DNA of 64,000 nt from Candidatus Krumholzibacteriota bacterium (lineage in GTDB: Bacteria > Krumholzibacteriota > Krumholzibacteriia > JAJRXK01). This document shows, in pieces, positions 1 through 12,952 of the stretch; within the stretch, counting starts at the first letter, position 1; each line of letters begins with the position of its first letter. The translations under genes were made by a program, and so were the position numbers. Location: NCBI GenBank assembly GCA_963727455.1, contig CAVSGG010000012.1, positions 17,078-81,077 on the forward strand, read 5' to 3'. A model generated the notes under the pieces. It was given only the letters and a program-made list of their open reading frames with translations. It was not told the origin of the DNA and did not search any database.

Positions 1-90
1 ACCTTCACGGTGGACCACGCCAACGAGCGCGACATCATCGCCACCGTCGCCAAGGCAGTCGTTGAGTCCCTCTCCGCCCCAGCTCGTTAA
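1..90 (+). CDS. 3' end of an unidentified gene (partial)
   Basis: Frame 1 is open from the window edge to TAA at 88-90 (…TFTVDHANERDIIATVAKAVVESLSAPAR). No family recognised. Confidence 0.3.
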   Translation, partial: TFTVDHANERDIIATVAKAVVESLSAPAR

Positions 91-181
91 GGGCGAGCGT
101 CCACGCGAGCCCAAACTCCTCCCTGACCCCATTTTATATTGGCTCCCCCACCCTCACCCGCTACCATCCGCTCCAACACTT

Positions 182-1598
182 ATGAACCAGCACCTCAGCC
201 AAACCACCTCACGCCGCGAGTTCCTCAAGACCACAACCCAGTTCGCCGCCGCCTCCGCCCTGGCCGGCGTGGCCTTTCCGCACGTCCACGCCGCCGAGGA
301 CAACACCATCCGGCTGGCCTTGATCGGCTGCGGCGGCCGCGGCAGCGGCGCGGTGGCCAACGCCATGTCGGCCGGCGGGTTGGTGCTGGGCGACGACGGC
401 GGCACCAAGCGCGCCGCCCGCTCCGGCGCGGGCGGCCCGGTCAAGCTGGTCGCCATGGCCGATCTCCGCCAGGAGCGGCTCGACCAAGTCGCACAACGAC
501 CCTGACGCAGGCGCTCGGCGATCTGATCGACGTCCCGCCCGAACGGCGGTTCCTCGGCTTCGACGCCTACCGCAAGGCGATCGACTGCCTGCGGCCGGGC
601 GACGTTGCCATGCTGACCACCCACGCCGCCTTCCGCGCGCCCCACCTGGAATACGCCGTGCAGAAGGGCGTCAACGTCTTCATGGAGAAGGACTTCGCCC
701 CCGACCCGGGCGGCATCAAACGCATGCTCCGCGCCGGCGAAGCGGCCGAGAAGAAGAACCTCAAGATCGCCGCCGGGCTGATGTGCCGCCACTCGTCCGC
801 CCGCCAGGCGCTGATCGAGAAGATCCGCGACGGCGCCATGGGCGACGTCGAGCTGATCCGCGCCTACCGCATGGACACCGGCTACCGATGGGCCCGTTCC
901 CGCGCGGCCAGAACGAACTGCTGTGGCAGATCAGCCCGGGCACCGTACCAGTTCCTCTGGTCGTCGCGGCGGCATCTTCATCGAGCTGATGATCCACCAG
1001 ATCGACGAGTGCTTCTGGATCAAGGACGCCTGGCCGGTGTCCGCCCACGGCGTCGGCGGGCGCTATCCCCGGCAGCACCGACTGCGGCCAGAACCTCGAC
1101 AGCTACTCCATCGAGTACACCTTCCCCGACGGCACCAAGGCCGTGGTCGACCGGCCGCTACATCCCCAACTGCTTCACCGATTTCGCCACCTACGTCCAC
1201 GGCACGAAGTGCGCCGCCCAGTTCTCCGGCAACATCCACGCCCCCACTGTCCAGATCTACAAGGACCAGCGGATCGAGCAGGACGAACATCGCCTGGAGG
1301 CCGCCCAAGGAGACCGTCAACCCCTGGCAGGCCGAGTGGAACGTCCTGCTGAGCGCCATCCGCAACGACAAGCCGCACAACGAAGACCCGCCGCGCCGCT
1401 CTCTCGAACCTCGGCGCCATCATGGGCCGCGCGGCCGTCCACACCGGCAAGGTCATCACCTGGGACGAAGCCATGGCCTCGAACTTCCAGTTCTGCTCCA
1501 ACGTGGCCGACCTCACCGATAAAAGCCCCGCCCCCGTCCAGGCCGACGCCCAAGGCCACTACCCCGCCCCCATCCCGGGCAAGACGGTGGAGATATAG
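182..1598 (+). CDS. Gfo/Idh/MocA family oxidoreductase with twin-arginine signal; reading frame broken many times as sequenced
   Basis: ATG at 182. N-terminus MNQHLSQTTSRREFLKTTTQFAAASALAG (Tat motif SRREFLK), then IRLALIGCGGRGSG Rossmann motif. Homology continues by hopping between all three + frames (e.g. LGFDAYRKAIDCLRPGDVAMLTTHAAFRAPHLEYAVQKGVNVFMEK; GGIFIELMIHQIDECFWIKDAWPV; YIPNCFTDFATYVHGTKCAAQFSG; AAVHTGKVITWDEAMASNFQF) and ends at TAG 1596-1598. At least six frame switches. Confidence 0.75.
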
Positions 1599-1611
1599 CT
1601 AACGGCATTAC

Positions 1612-2040
1612 GTGAAACGCACGTTGATCGGGCTCACAGCCTTGGCGTGCTTGCTCTTCGTTGAACGCCGCCGCTCAAGCCTCGGACACGGCGGGTAAGA
1701 GAAATGTGCTCTTCCTCGCGGTGGATAACCTGAACTGCCGCATCGCCTGCTACAGCGATCCGATCGCCAAAACGCCCAATCCTGACCGCCCGGCCGGGCG
1801 CGGTGTGATGTTTCGCTGCGCCTGCTGCCAATACCCCCTCTGCAACCCCAGCCGCGCCTCCCTCATGACCAGCCTGCGCCCCGACACCACGCGCGTCCAC
1901 GACCTGCGGGTCAACTTCCGCTCCACGTTCCCCGACGTGGTCACCCTACCCCAGCTCTTCCGCCAGAACCGCTGCTTCGTCGCACGCGTCGGCAAGCTCT
2001 ACCATTACGGCGTCCCGCGTGAGATCGGCACCGATGACGT
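1612..2040 (+). pseudogene. Sulfatase (iduronate-2-sulfatase-like), N-terminal fragment only
   Basis: GTG at 1612 gives signal peptide [16 protein letters not shown]. One frameshift near 1660. Then [11 protein letters not shown]…[28 protein letters not shown] with the sulfatase C-x-P-S-R signature. Homology stops after …[13 protein letters not shown] at about 2035. No remaining sulfatase sequence in any frame. Confidence 0.7.
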
Positions 2041-2425
2041 CTTTCAGCCCCTGCTTGGCCAGTTCAACGCGTACCAAGTCAAGCTCCGCACAAATCGCCC
2101 CACGCTGACCTGGCGGGAGTTATCCACCTTCATGGCCTTGGCAGACAGCCCGCACATTCGCCGCCGCGTTCTCCTCACCAACTGCGACGAACTGCCGTCC
2201 GTGCTCAACGACCGGCAAGGCTTCTTCTGCGTCCGTGGCTCTGATCTCGACAGGCTCCGCGCAGACGACCTCCATGCGATCGAAGCCTGGCTCGCCGAGC
2301 GCATTTCGAGGCCTCGAAGGGGGAGGCCGGGGAGTAAGGAACGCTCATTTTGGACGCGGGACCAGGGGCTGACGACGTGTGCCAAAATGCCACACTTGGG
2401 GGCTAAAAAGGACCCCGACCAGGGA

Positions 2426-2458
2426 GCCAACGGTAAGCCAACAGTAAGCCAACAGGCA
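2426..2458. repeat. 11-bp tandem repeat, about 3 copies (GCCAACAGTAA-like)
   Basis: gccaacggtaa gccaacagtaa gccaacaggca read directly. It is followed at 2521-2566 by degenerate GATGGAGTGGTG-like repeats. Confidence 0.7.
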
Positions 2459-2931
2459 GCCTCGGGCAGCGTCCGGGGCACGCCTCGGGAGGGGCCGGAC
2501 GACGGGAGAAGACAGGGCGGTTGATGGATTGGTGGATCGGTGGAGTGATGGAGTGGTGGAGTGACGCGGAGGCGGGCGGAGGAACAGGACGGAGGGCGAT
2601 CTGGTTCCGCCGTTGGCCCCAAGACTGTCCCCTCAGCCCGGCCAGCACTGCTGGGTCCGCCGTTTCCTCGGCAACACCGCCGCCTTCCGCGCCGTCTGGA
2701 ACGACGCCACCCACGCCTTCACCCTCAGTGTCCGTGATGAATACACCCTCGCCAACCAGTGGTGCTACGTCTGGCACTGGAAGCCGCGGCAGCTTGTACC
2801 CTGGCACAAATCCGGGTTTGTTTATTGGAACTCCCTCTCGGCATGTGCATGTCTCGGAGGCTTCGGCCTGTTCGGCACTACTCAATTGACCCTGAGCCGG
2901 GAAACCGCTTTCCTTGGCGCGGCCACTGCCT

Positions 2932-4163
2932 GTGAGTTCGCCGAAACCTACGCTGAATGACTTGCGCATCGAGCGCGACGCCGAGCCGGAGCCGTCCTCC
3001 CGGCTTCGGGTAGTGGTCATTGTCATCCTGGTCCTGGCCCTGGCGGCGGGAATCGTCTTCTGGCTCAAGCGGCCCGGCGCCATCCCCGTGCGCACCGTCC
3101 TGGTGCGCGAGGCGGCCGGCAACGGCATCGAGCGGACGGTGTTGAACGCCTCCGGGTACGTCACCGCCCGGCGGCAGGCGACGGTTTCCTCCAAGGTCAC
3201 CGGCAAGGTCACCGAGGTGCTCATCGAGGAGGGGATGAAGGTGCAGGAAGGGCAGATTCTGGCGCGCCTGGACGATACGAACGTCAAGACCAGCCTCGCC
3301 TGGCGGAGGCGCAGTGGGTCTCCGCCACGAACGCGCTGGCGGAGACCCGCGTGCGTATCAAGGAAGCCGACCAGGAGTTGCAGCGCCAGGCCGGCCTGCT
3401 CAAGAACAAGATCGCCGCGCAGGCCGACTACGACCGCGCGGAAGCGGCCGTCCTGGCTTTCAAGGCGAGGCTGGAGCAGCAGCAGGCCGAGGTCACCGTG
3501 GCCGAAAAGCAGGTGGCTTACTGGAAGCAGCAGATGGAGGACACGATCATTCGCGCGCCCTTCGCCGGCATCGTCACCTCCAAGAACGCCCAGCCCGGCG
3601 AGATGATTTCGCCCATGTCCGCCGGGGGCGGCTTCACGCGCACGGGCATCTGCACCATCGTGGACATGGAGTCGCTGGAGATCGAGATCGACGTGAACGA
3701 GAGCTACATCAACCGCGTCCACGCCCGGGCAGCCGGTGGAAGCGACGCTCGACGCCTATCCGGATTGGAAGATCCCGTGCAAGGTGATCGCGATCATCCC
3801 CACGGCCGACCGCCAGAAGTCGACGGTGAAAGTGCGCGTCGGTTTCGAGCAGCTCGATCCGCGCATCCTGCCGGAGATGGGCGTGAAGGTGGCGTTTCAG
3901 GAAGCGGGCGGGTCAGGACCCGTGCGCGCGGCCGCACGGTGATCGTGCCCACGACCGCCGTCCGCGCAGCGAGGACGGGCGCGATGTGGTGCTTCGTGGT
4001 GCAGAGCGGCCGCGCCGAGCGCCGCGCGGTCACCGTCAGCCGGCACGCGCGGCGATGAGACGGTCTCAGCGCCGGCCTGGCCGCCGGCGAAAGGGTGGTC
4101 GATGGATCCGCCCGGCGGACTTGACGGACGGCGTCGCAGGTCGAGCAGAAGGAATCGGGATGA
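2932..4163 (+). CDS. Efflux transporter periplasmic adaptor subunit (HlyD/MacA family); frameshifted as sequenced
   Basis: N-terminal TM segment (RLRVVVIVILVLALAAGIVFWL). Typical adaptor segments: VLNASGYVTARRQATVSSKVTGKVTEVLIEEGMKVQEGQILARLDD, IIRAPFAGIVTSKNAQPGEMISP, LEIEIDVNESYINRV, LDAYPDWKIPCKVIAIIPTADRQKSTVKVRV. These lie in alternating frames (at least four switches). Inferred stop TGA 4161-4163. Start is GTG 2932 or TTG 2914. Confidence 0.7.
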
Positions 4164-4167
4164 GCGC

Positions 4168-4875
4168 ATGACTAACTCGGCCAACGGCGCGCTGGTCCGA
4201 CGTCGACGGAGTGGAGAAGGTGTTTCACCGCGGCTCGGAGGACATCCACGTCCTGAAGGACTTGCATCTGCAAGTGCCGGCGGGCGAGTTCCTCGCGCTG
4301 ATGGGGCCGTCCGGGTTCGGGCAAGAGCACGCTGCTGAACCTGATCGGCGGACTGGACCGGCCCACGCGCGGCACCGTCAGATCGCCGGCGAGCAGCATC
4401 GACGAGCTGTCCGACCGCGAGCTGGCCGCGTGGCGCGCGCGGCACATCGGCTTCGTCTTCCAGCTCTACAACCTGATGCCCGTGCTCACCGCGGAGCGCA
4501 ACGTCGAGCTGCCGCTCCTGCTCACGCACCTCTCCAAGCGCCGCAGCGCGAAGCAGCACGTGGCGACGGCGCTGGCAATCGTCGGCCTGTCGCACCGCGC
4601 GAAGCATTACCCGCGCACAGCTTTCCGGCGGCGAACAACAGCGCGTGGGCATCGCCCGCGCCATCGTCACCGATCCCACCCTGCTGCTCTGCGACGAGCC
4701 CACCGGCGACCTCGACCGCAAGGCCGGCGACGAGATTCTGGATCTGCTCCAGGCGCTGAACCGCGAGCACGGCAAGACCATCATCATGGTCACCCACGAT
4801 CCGCACGCCTCGGCCCGCGCCTCGCGCACCGTGTATCTCGACAAAGGCCAGCTCAGCGACCAGCCCGTCAAGTGA
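4168..4875 (+). CDS. ABC transporter ATP-binding protein (MacB/LolD-type ATPase); frameshifted as sequenced
   Basis: ATG at 4168. [35 protein letters not shown] (Walker A interrupted), [56 protein letters not shown] (signature plus Walker B), IIMVTHDP. Spread over three frames. Stop at 4873-4875. Confidence 0.8.
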
Positions 4876-4916
4876 CAGTGCCCGGCCCGGCTGCGGCGCT
4901 GCCAATGAATTGAGCC

Positions 4917-5804
4917 ATGCTTTGGAGAATCTCCTTGAAAACGACCCCAGAGGCCGAAGATGCGGTCTCCGAATTGTTCGGGAGCACCTTCGCCCAGCCT
5001 GTCTCTTCCTACACTGACGCCGAGACCCGGGTAACAGTGGTCACAGTCTTTCTTCGGCATAAGGCGGACTGGTCTCGGGCGAGGCGTACAGCGTTGGCAC
5101 TGGGCCTTGAACGAATCGCTGCGAGTGGGTTGACCCTCGACCCCGGCAGAGTCTTGTTGAAGCGAATCGCCCGGACGGACTGGGCGGAAGCCTGGAAACG
5201 GCATTTTCGGCCGATGGCAATTGGTTCCGCCCTCCTGCTCAAGCCCGGCTGGAGCCGGCGGCGACCGCGAAAGGGACAGGCCGTGGTCGTGCTCGACCCC
5301 GGCCTGAGCTTCGGCACGGGCCGACACCCGACCACAGCCTTTTGTCTGCGGCAACTGGTTGCCCGGCGCCGACGGGGCGAGACCCAATCGTGCCTGGACG
5401 TCGGCACCGGCTCCGGCATCCTCGCCATCGCCGCTGCCAAGCTCGGCTATGCCCCGGTGCACGCCTTCGATTCCGACCCCCAGTCGGTCCTCGTTGCCCG
5501 TGCCAACGCCCGGCGCAATCACGTGTTGGCCCAAATACGCTTCCGGCAGCAGGATCTGACCAGACTGCCACGCCGGGCCGAGCGGCAATACTCCCTGATT
5601 TGCGCCAACCTGGTGTCGCGCCTGCTCCTGGACCAGCAGCCGCGGCTTCTGGCCCGATTGCGCATGGATGGTGTGCTGGTGGTTGCCGGCATTCTGACAG
5701 CAGAATATGCACAAGTTCAGGACACTTTTTCCCGTGCGGGCCTGCGGTTGCTGACAGGCAGGAGCGAAGGCGAATGGCGTTCGGGCGCCTTTGGCTGGCG
5801 GTGA
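4917..5804 (+). CDS. prmA: Ribosomal protein L11 methyltransferase
   Basis: Intact 295-aa ORF with DPGLSFGTGRHPTTAFCL and LDVGTGSGILAIAAAKLG SAM-binding motifs. Confidence 0.9.
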   Translation: MLWRISLKTTPEAEDAVSELFGSTFAQPVSSYTDAETRVTVVTVFLRHKADWSRARRTALALGLERIAASGLTLDPGRVLLKRIARTDWAEAWKRHFRPMAIGSALLLKPGWSRRRPRKGQAVVVLDPGLSFGTGRHPTTAFCLRQLVARRRRGETQSCLDVGTGSGILAIAAAKLGYAPVHAFDSDPQSVLVARANARRNHVLAQIRFRQQDLTRLPRRAERQYSLICANLVSRLLLDQQPRLLARLRMDGVLVVAGILTAEYAQVQDTFSRAGLRLLTGRSEGEWRSGAFGWR

Positions 5805-5992
5805 AAGGCGCACTCGCATTTCGAGAGCAGAATCCCTCCCTCTTTTTTGAATGGATTTCCCGGGAAATAGTCGTATACTTGATTCGCTTGAAGCGGCAGA
5901 TGCCAATTTCAATGCACGGCGAACCTGACCAAGGAAGGTTCCATGGCATCCTTTATGCATGGCGGAACTTGAACAAAAAAACAAACCAAGTT

Positions 5993-6157
5993 ATGACCAA
6001 ATCGTTGGAAGTGATCAGCGAGGCTATCCGTAATCCTAAACATCCTTTCCGCAAAGTGGACAACCAGCCCAAGAAACCCCTGAAGCACCGCTACGAACGC
6101 AGGAAGATCAGGGAATACCTCCACCTCGGAGACTGGGTGTCCCGCGAAGCGACCTAA
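5993..6157 (+). CDS. Small basic hypothetical protein (54 aa)
   Basis: ATG 5993 to TAA 6155-6157 (MTKSLEVISEAIRNPKHPFRKVDNQPKKPLKHRYERRKIREYLHLGDWVSREAT). Followed by an intrinsic terminator. No family recognised and no clear Shine-Dalgarno sequence. Confidence 0.3.
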   Translation: MTKSLEVISEAIRNPKHPFRKVDNQPKKPLKHRYERRKIREYLHLGDWVSREAT

Positions 6158-6184
6158 GGGCTATTCCCCCTGCAGGTCAGAATG

Positions 6185-6212
6185 AAAAAGCCACGCCCGC
6201 GCGTGGCTTTTT
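6185..6212. terminator. Bidirectional rho-independent terminator between convergent genes
   Basis: AAAAA-GCCACGC-ccgc-GCGTGGC-TTTTT: perfect 7-bp GC-rich stem, 4-nt loop, A-tract upstream and T-tract downstream. Confidence 0.65.
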
Positions 6213-6215
6213 CAT

Positions 6216-6482
6216 TTACTTCATCAGCAACATCTGCCGCGCGCGTTTGATGGCGCGGTTGAGCCGGCGCTGGTAGTGGGCCGGCAACGCAGTGTACTTC
6301 CGGGGGAGAATGCGCCCCTGATCGGTTACAAACTGCCGCAGCAGGGTGATATTCTTGAAATCGAGGGCGTCCACCGTGAAGTCAATCTTCGGCTTGGGGC
6401 GAGGCGTGCGCGCTTCGCCGTAAGCGGACCGGCCGCGGGCGCCGCGTCGTTCGGGTTTGTCGGGGCGGGTTTTGCGAGGCAT
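6216..6482 (-). CDS. rpsR: 30S ribosomal protein S18
   Basis: 88-aa ORF with …LDFKNITLLRQFVTDQGRILPRKYTALPAHYQRRLNRAIKRARQMLLM, typical of S18. Confidence 0.9.
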   Translation of the reverse strand: MPRKTRPDKPERRGARGRSAYGEARTPRPKPKIDFTVDALDFKNITLLRQFVTDQGRILPRKYTALPAHYQRRLNRAIKRARQMLLMK

Positions 6483-6491
6483 AAAACGTGG

Positions 6492-6659
6492 CTACTTGAT
6501 TTCGCGATGGAGGGTGTGGCGGCGCAAAGCCGGGTTGTATTTCTTGATCTCCAGCTTCTCGGTCTTCAGCTTCTTATTGCGGGTGGTCGTGTAGCGCGAA
6601 GGAGACTTGCCTTCCTTGCGCGCTTCGGTGCATTCAATGGTGATGATTTCGCGGGGCAT
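6492..6659 (-). CDS. rpmG: 50S ribosomal protein L33 (Cys-poor, zinc-independent form)
   Basis: Not in the ORF track (55 aa). My translation: [55 protein letters not shown]. Carries the L33 YTTTRNK…LE.KKY…H.E.K pattern. Confidence 0.85.
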   Translation of the reverse strand: MPREIITIECTEARKEGKSPSRYTTTRNKKLKTEKLEIKKYNPALRRHTLHREIK

Positions 6660-6661
6660 TG

Positions 6662-7240
6662 TTATTCCTTCTCTTTGGGCTTCTCTTCCGCCTCTTCTTC
6701 CTCAGTTTCCGTTTCAGCCAACCCCACGGCATCGATCGTGCCGAGCGCGCCCAGACGGCGCTGCCGCAGCGCGCCTTCGCGCTCCAATTGCGCCTGGGCC
6801 TGCACGGTAAACCGGGTCCAGGGGATCGCCTCCAGACGCTTCTGGGGAATCGGCTTGCCCGTAAGTTCACAAACGCCGTAAGTGTTCTTCTCAATGCGCT
6901 TGAGCGCCTCCTCGATCTCGTAAACGGCATCCTGGTCCGCGGAGAGCAGGCTCAAGGCGAAATCACGGTCGAAATTGTCGGTGCCGGAGTCCGCCATGTG
7001 CAGGCTGTAGCCGGGCATCTCCTGGGCGGATTCTTTGGCCAACCCGTCCATTTGCCGGGTCAATTGCTCGCGCAATTCCAGCAGCCGGTTATAATACTTC
7101 GCCCACTGCGCCTTGATCTTCGCTCTGCCGTCCTTCTTCACCGACAGGATGGGGCGTCCGAGAATGGCGGCGGCGGTGGCCAAGCCATGCGGCCTGGGAC
7201 GTGGCGTCACCTTCCGGATTTTCTTCGTCTTCGCACTCAC
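6662..7240 (-). CDS. DksA/TraR family regulator-like protein lacking the Cys4 zinc finger
   Basis: 192-aa ORF. Coiled-coil region plus [43 protein letters not shown]. Only one of the four canonical Cys is retained. Acidic C-terminal tail. Confidence 0.7.
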   Translation of the reverse strand: MSAKTKKIRKVTPRPRPHGLATAAAILGRPILSVKKDGRAKIKAQWAKYYNRLLELREQLTRQMDGLAKESAQEMPGYSLHMADSGTDNFDRDFALSLLSADQDAVYEIEEALKRIEKNTYGVCELTGKPIPQKRLEAIPWTRFTVQAQAQLEREGALRQRRLGALGTIDAVGLAETETEEEEAEEKPKEKE

Positions 7241-7425
7241 AATTTAAACTGCTCGGTTCTGTACACGGTCATGTTGCTCTTCAAAGCCTCATCAGGAGCG
7301 TCGCCACGCCCCTTTGAGAGCGTGGGAATGTAGCAAAGGGAGGCGGAAGTTCCACAACAATCTTCAAAAAAGTTCTCACCCCGGAAGAGTGCCTCCGGGC
7401 TTGCGTTGAGGCTCCCACTGTCTGA

Positions 7426-8459
<1,034 letters not shown>

Positions 8460-8677
8460 ACCCGCCGGCCGGCGCCGGCTCGCCGCCCACAGCCCGGCGC
8501 AACCCGCCAGCCCAAGCAGCGACAGCACCGCGCCCGTGCGCAGTTTGTTGTCCTCGTAAACCAGCTCAACCTCGTGCCCAACTGAACATCCGGCAGCCTT
8601 GGATCGTCTAAACAGCGGCAAGCCACGCAGGGACGTGGAGGGCGAAGGGAGGGAGATGCGGGCGGGATGCGCCCGGG

Positions 8678-8732
8678 CACTGCAAGCGAACTGCAAGGGA
8701 ACTGTAAGGGAACTGCGAGGGAGCAGCAAGCC
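8678..8732. repeat. 11-bp tandem repeat, about 5 copies (AACTGCAAGGG-like)
   Basis: cactgcaagcg aactgcaaggg aactgtaaggg aactgcgaggg agcagcaagcc read directly, in a non-coding gap between gmd and the DUF255 gene. Confidence 0.75.
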
Positions 8733-8831
8733 AACAGCCTGCCAGAGGATGGCTTGGCCCGGGCTGCCTCGCAGGCAGGCGCCCAGTCCGAGGTCTGCAT
8801 CCTGAATGGGCCGTCAGAGGGCGCGGCACCG

Positions 8832-10920
<2,089 letters not shown>

Positions 10921-11115
10921 TGTTCTTTCGTTTTTAGTTCGGTGGATTGCCGGTGGCACGCCGTGAGGCCCATGGCGCACCAACACGTCCAGGCAAACCG
11001 CGCCTCTCTTCATTCCGGCAAGCATAGCCTGCATCGGCCGTGAAAGCAAAGCGCCGCTTTTTGCATCGTCACCCGGGCGCGGTGGGCTAGCTCCGCCGAT
11101 GGTATCGGCGAAACC

Positions 11116-12014
11116 ATGGAAGGCGGAGCGATCATACGCTTGGTGTTGAGCGTAATCGATGTGCGTTTTCGCCGGGTCGCTGGTGACCAGCGTGCAGCAC
11201 TACATCAGCGCGAAACGAAAGCCAGCGCCGCGCTGTTCTTTCCCGCTGGCCGCGGCCGCGCTGAGCTGCCTGGCGGCGACGCTGGTCCTGGTGAGCAAAC
11301 CGTGGCCGACGAGGTTTTCACGCGCCGGCTGATGACGCTGGTCGGCTGCGCCTACGGCGGATTGTTCCTGGGGATGTGGGTGCAGCAGCTTTCCGGGGTA
11401 AGAAGGCCAGACACAACCATCTGGACGATCGTCGTAGCGTCGTTGAGTTTCCAGGGGGCGGCTCTGGTCCTGATCGCGCTCTTTCTGCGCGAGCACCACA
11501 TCGGTTGGACGGAGGCTTTTGGCCTTTCGAATCAGCGGCGGCAGAGCCGTGGTGCTGGGCATGATCGTGGCGCTGATCTTCCTGCCGATGGGCTGGGGCT
11601 TGCAGCAGACTTCGGCGCTGGTGATGACCCACCTGCCGCACTTCAAGATGCAGCCCGAAGAACAACTGCCCGTCCGCGTGCTGCGCGTCAGCATGTCGTT
11701 GGCCGGGCGGGCCACGTTGGGTGCGGCGGCCATCCTGCTGGCGCCGGTGGCCGAGGAGATCCTGTTCCGCGGAATTCTTTACCCGGCGATCAAGCAGGCC
11801 GGGTATCCCGCGGGTGGCCTTGTGGGGCACCGTGGTGCTATTTGCGGCGGTGCACATGAACATGGTTACGTTTCTGCCGCTGGCGGTCCTGGCGCTGCTG
11901 CTGACGGCGCTCTATGAGAGGACCAACAACCTGTTGGCGCCCATCACTGCGCACGCACTTTTCAACGCGCTGAATTTCGTGACGCTTGTTCTTCTGCGAG
12001 CAGACGTGAGGCAT
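11116..12014 (+). CDS. CPBP family intramembrane glutamic endopeptidase (CAAX protease-like); frameshifted, no own stop as sequenced
   Basis: Motifs [25 protein letters not shown] and [14 protein letters not shown] in different frames, plus several TM segments. The 5' end is uncertain. The frame runs straight into the thiL ATG without a stop. Confidence 0.6.
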
Positions 12015-12952
12015 ATGAACGAGTTTGAACTGATCCACCGCCTGACGCGCTCGCTGCCGACAAACTCGTCTGTGGTGGTCGGCGCGGGCGATGACTGCGC
12101 CGTGCTCGATTGCGGGCGCGCCGGACCGGCTGCTCTTGTTCAAGACCGATGCGGTCGTCGAAGGCGTCCATTTCACCGCGGAGACGCCGCCGGAAAAGAT
12201 CGGCCATAAGGCGCTGGGCCGGTGCCTGAGCGACATCGCGGCAATGGCGGGCACACCGACCGCCGCGCTAGTGACCATCGGCCTGCCGCGCGAGCTTCAA
12301 CGTCGAATCAGTTGAAGCCATTTACGCCGGAATGAGCGGCCTGGCGCGCCAACACCAGGTGGCCATTGTCGGTGGCGAAACCACGACCAGTCCCGAGCGC
12401 ATCTTTATTTCCGTCGCGCTACTGGGCTGGGTGCCGCGCGGCAAAGGGGTGCTGCGATCCGGGGCGGAAGCCGGCGATGCGATCTTCGTCACCGGCGAGC
12501 TGGGTGGTTCGCTGGCCGGCAAGCATCTCGACTTCGAGCCGCGCCTGGCGGAAGCGCGGTGGCTGGCGCAGCACTTTTCCGTGCATGCCATGCTCGATGT
12601 CAGCGACGGGCTGGCCGGCGATCTGAGCCACATCCTCACACGCCAGTCGCGTGGGTGCGGAGTTGCTGGCGACCTCCATTCCGATAAGCCGCGCGGCGCG
12701 TTTGGCCGCCAAAGCCGGCTCCTCGGCCAAGCCGGCCCTGCTGGCGGCACTGACGGACGGCGAGGATTTTGAGCTGCTATTCACCGTCGCCAGCCGCGAC
12801 GCCGTGCCGTTGCTGGACGCCTGGAGAAAGCAGTTTCCCAAACTCGCCGCTCACGTGCATCGGCAAGATCAAGGCCGGCGAGGGCATCACTATCCGCGAC
12901 AAAACCAGCGTCCGACCGCTGACCAGCCCATGGCTACGAGCATTTCGCATAG
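12015..12952 (+). CDS. thiL: Thiamine-monophosphate kinase; frameshifted as sequenced
   Basis: MNEFELIHRLTRSL…VVVGAGDDCAVLD; LLLFKTDAVVEGVHF…KIGHKALGRCLSDIAAMAGTP; VAIVGGETTTSP; AMLDVSDGLAGDLSHIL; GEDFELLFTV; IGKIKAGEGITIRD. At least four frame switches. The 3' end (TAG 12950-12952) is inferred. Confidence 0.8.

Noticed and set aside
2426-2566. Short tandem repeats considered as a possible CRISPR array (also 8678-8732 and 33232-33312)
   Set aside because: The units are 11-27 bp and directly adjacent with no unique spacers. No cas genes are in the window.
2403-3722. 439-aa minus-strand ORF over the adaptor gene
   Set aside because: Same reasoning: antisense to recognisable HlyD/MacA segments, with low-complexity composition.
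3897-5984. 695-aa ORF on the minus strand spanning the ABC ATPase and prmA genes
   Set aside because: It is antisense to two well-supported genes. The Arg/Ala/Gly/Pro-rich low-complexity translation is typical of open antisense frames in GC-rich DNA. No motif found.
8465-8585. Minus-strand segment …[37 protein letters not shown] resembling a PEP-CTERM-type TM-plus-Arg tail
   Set aside because: There is no PEP motif and no credible coding sequence upstream (the frame runs through the minisatellite). It also has no in-frame stop before entering gmd antisense. At best it is a gene remnant.
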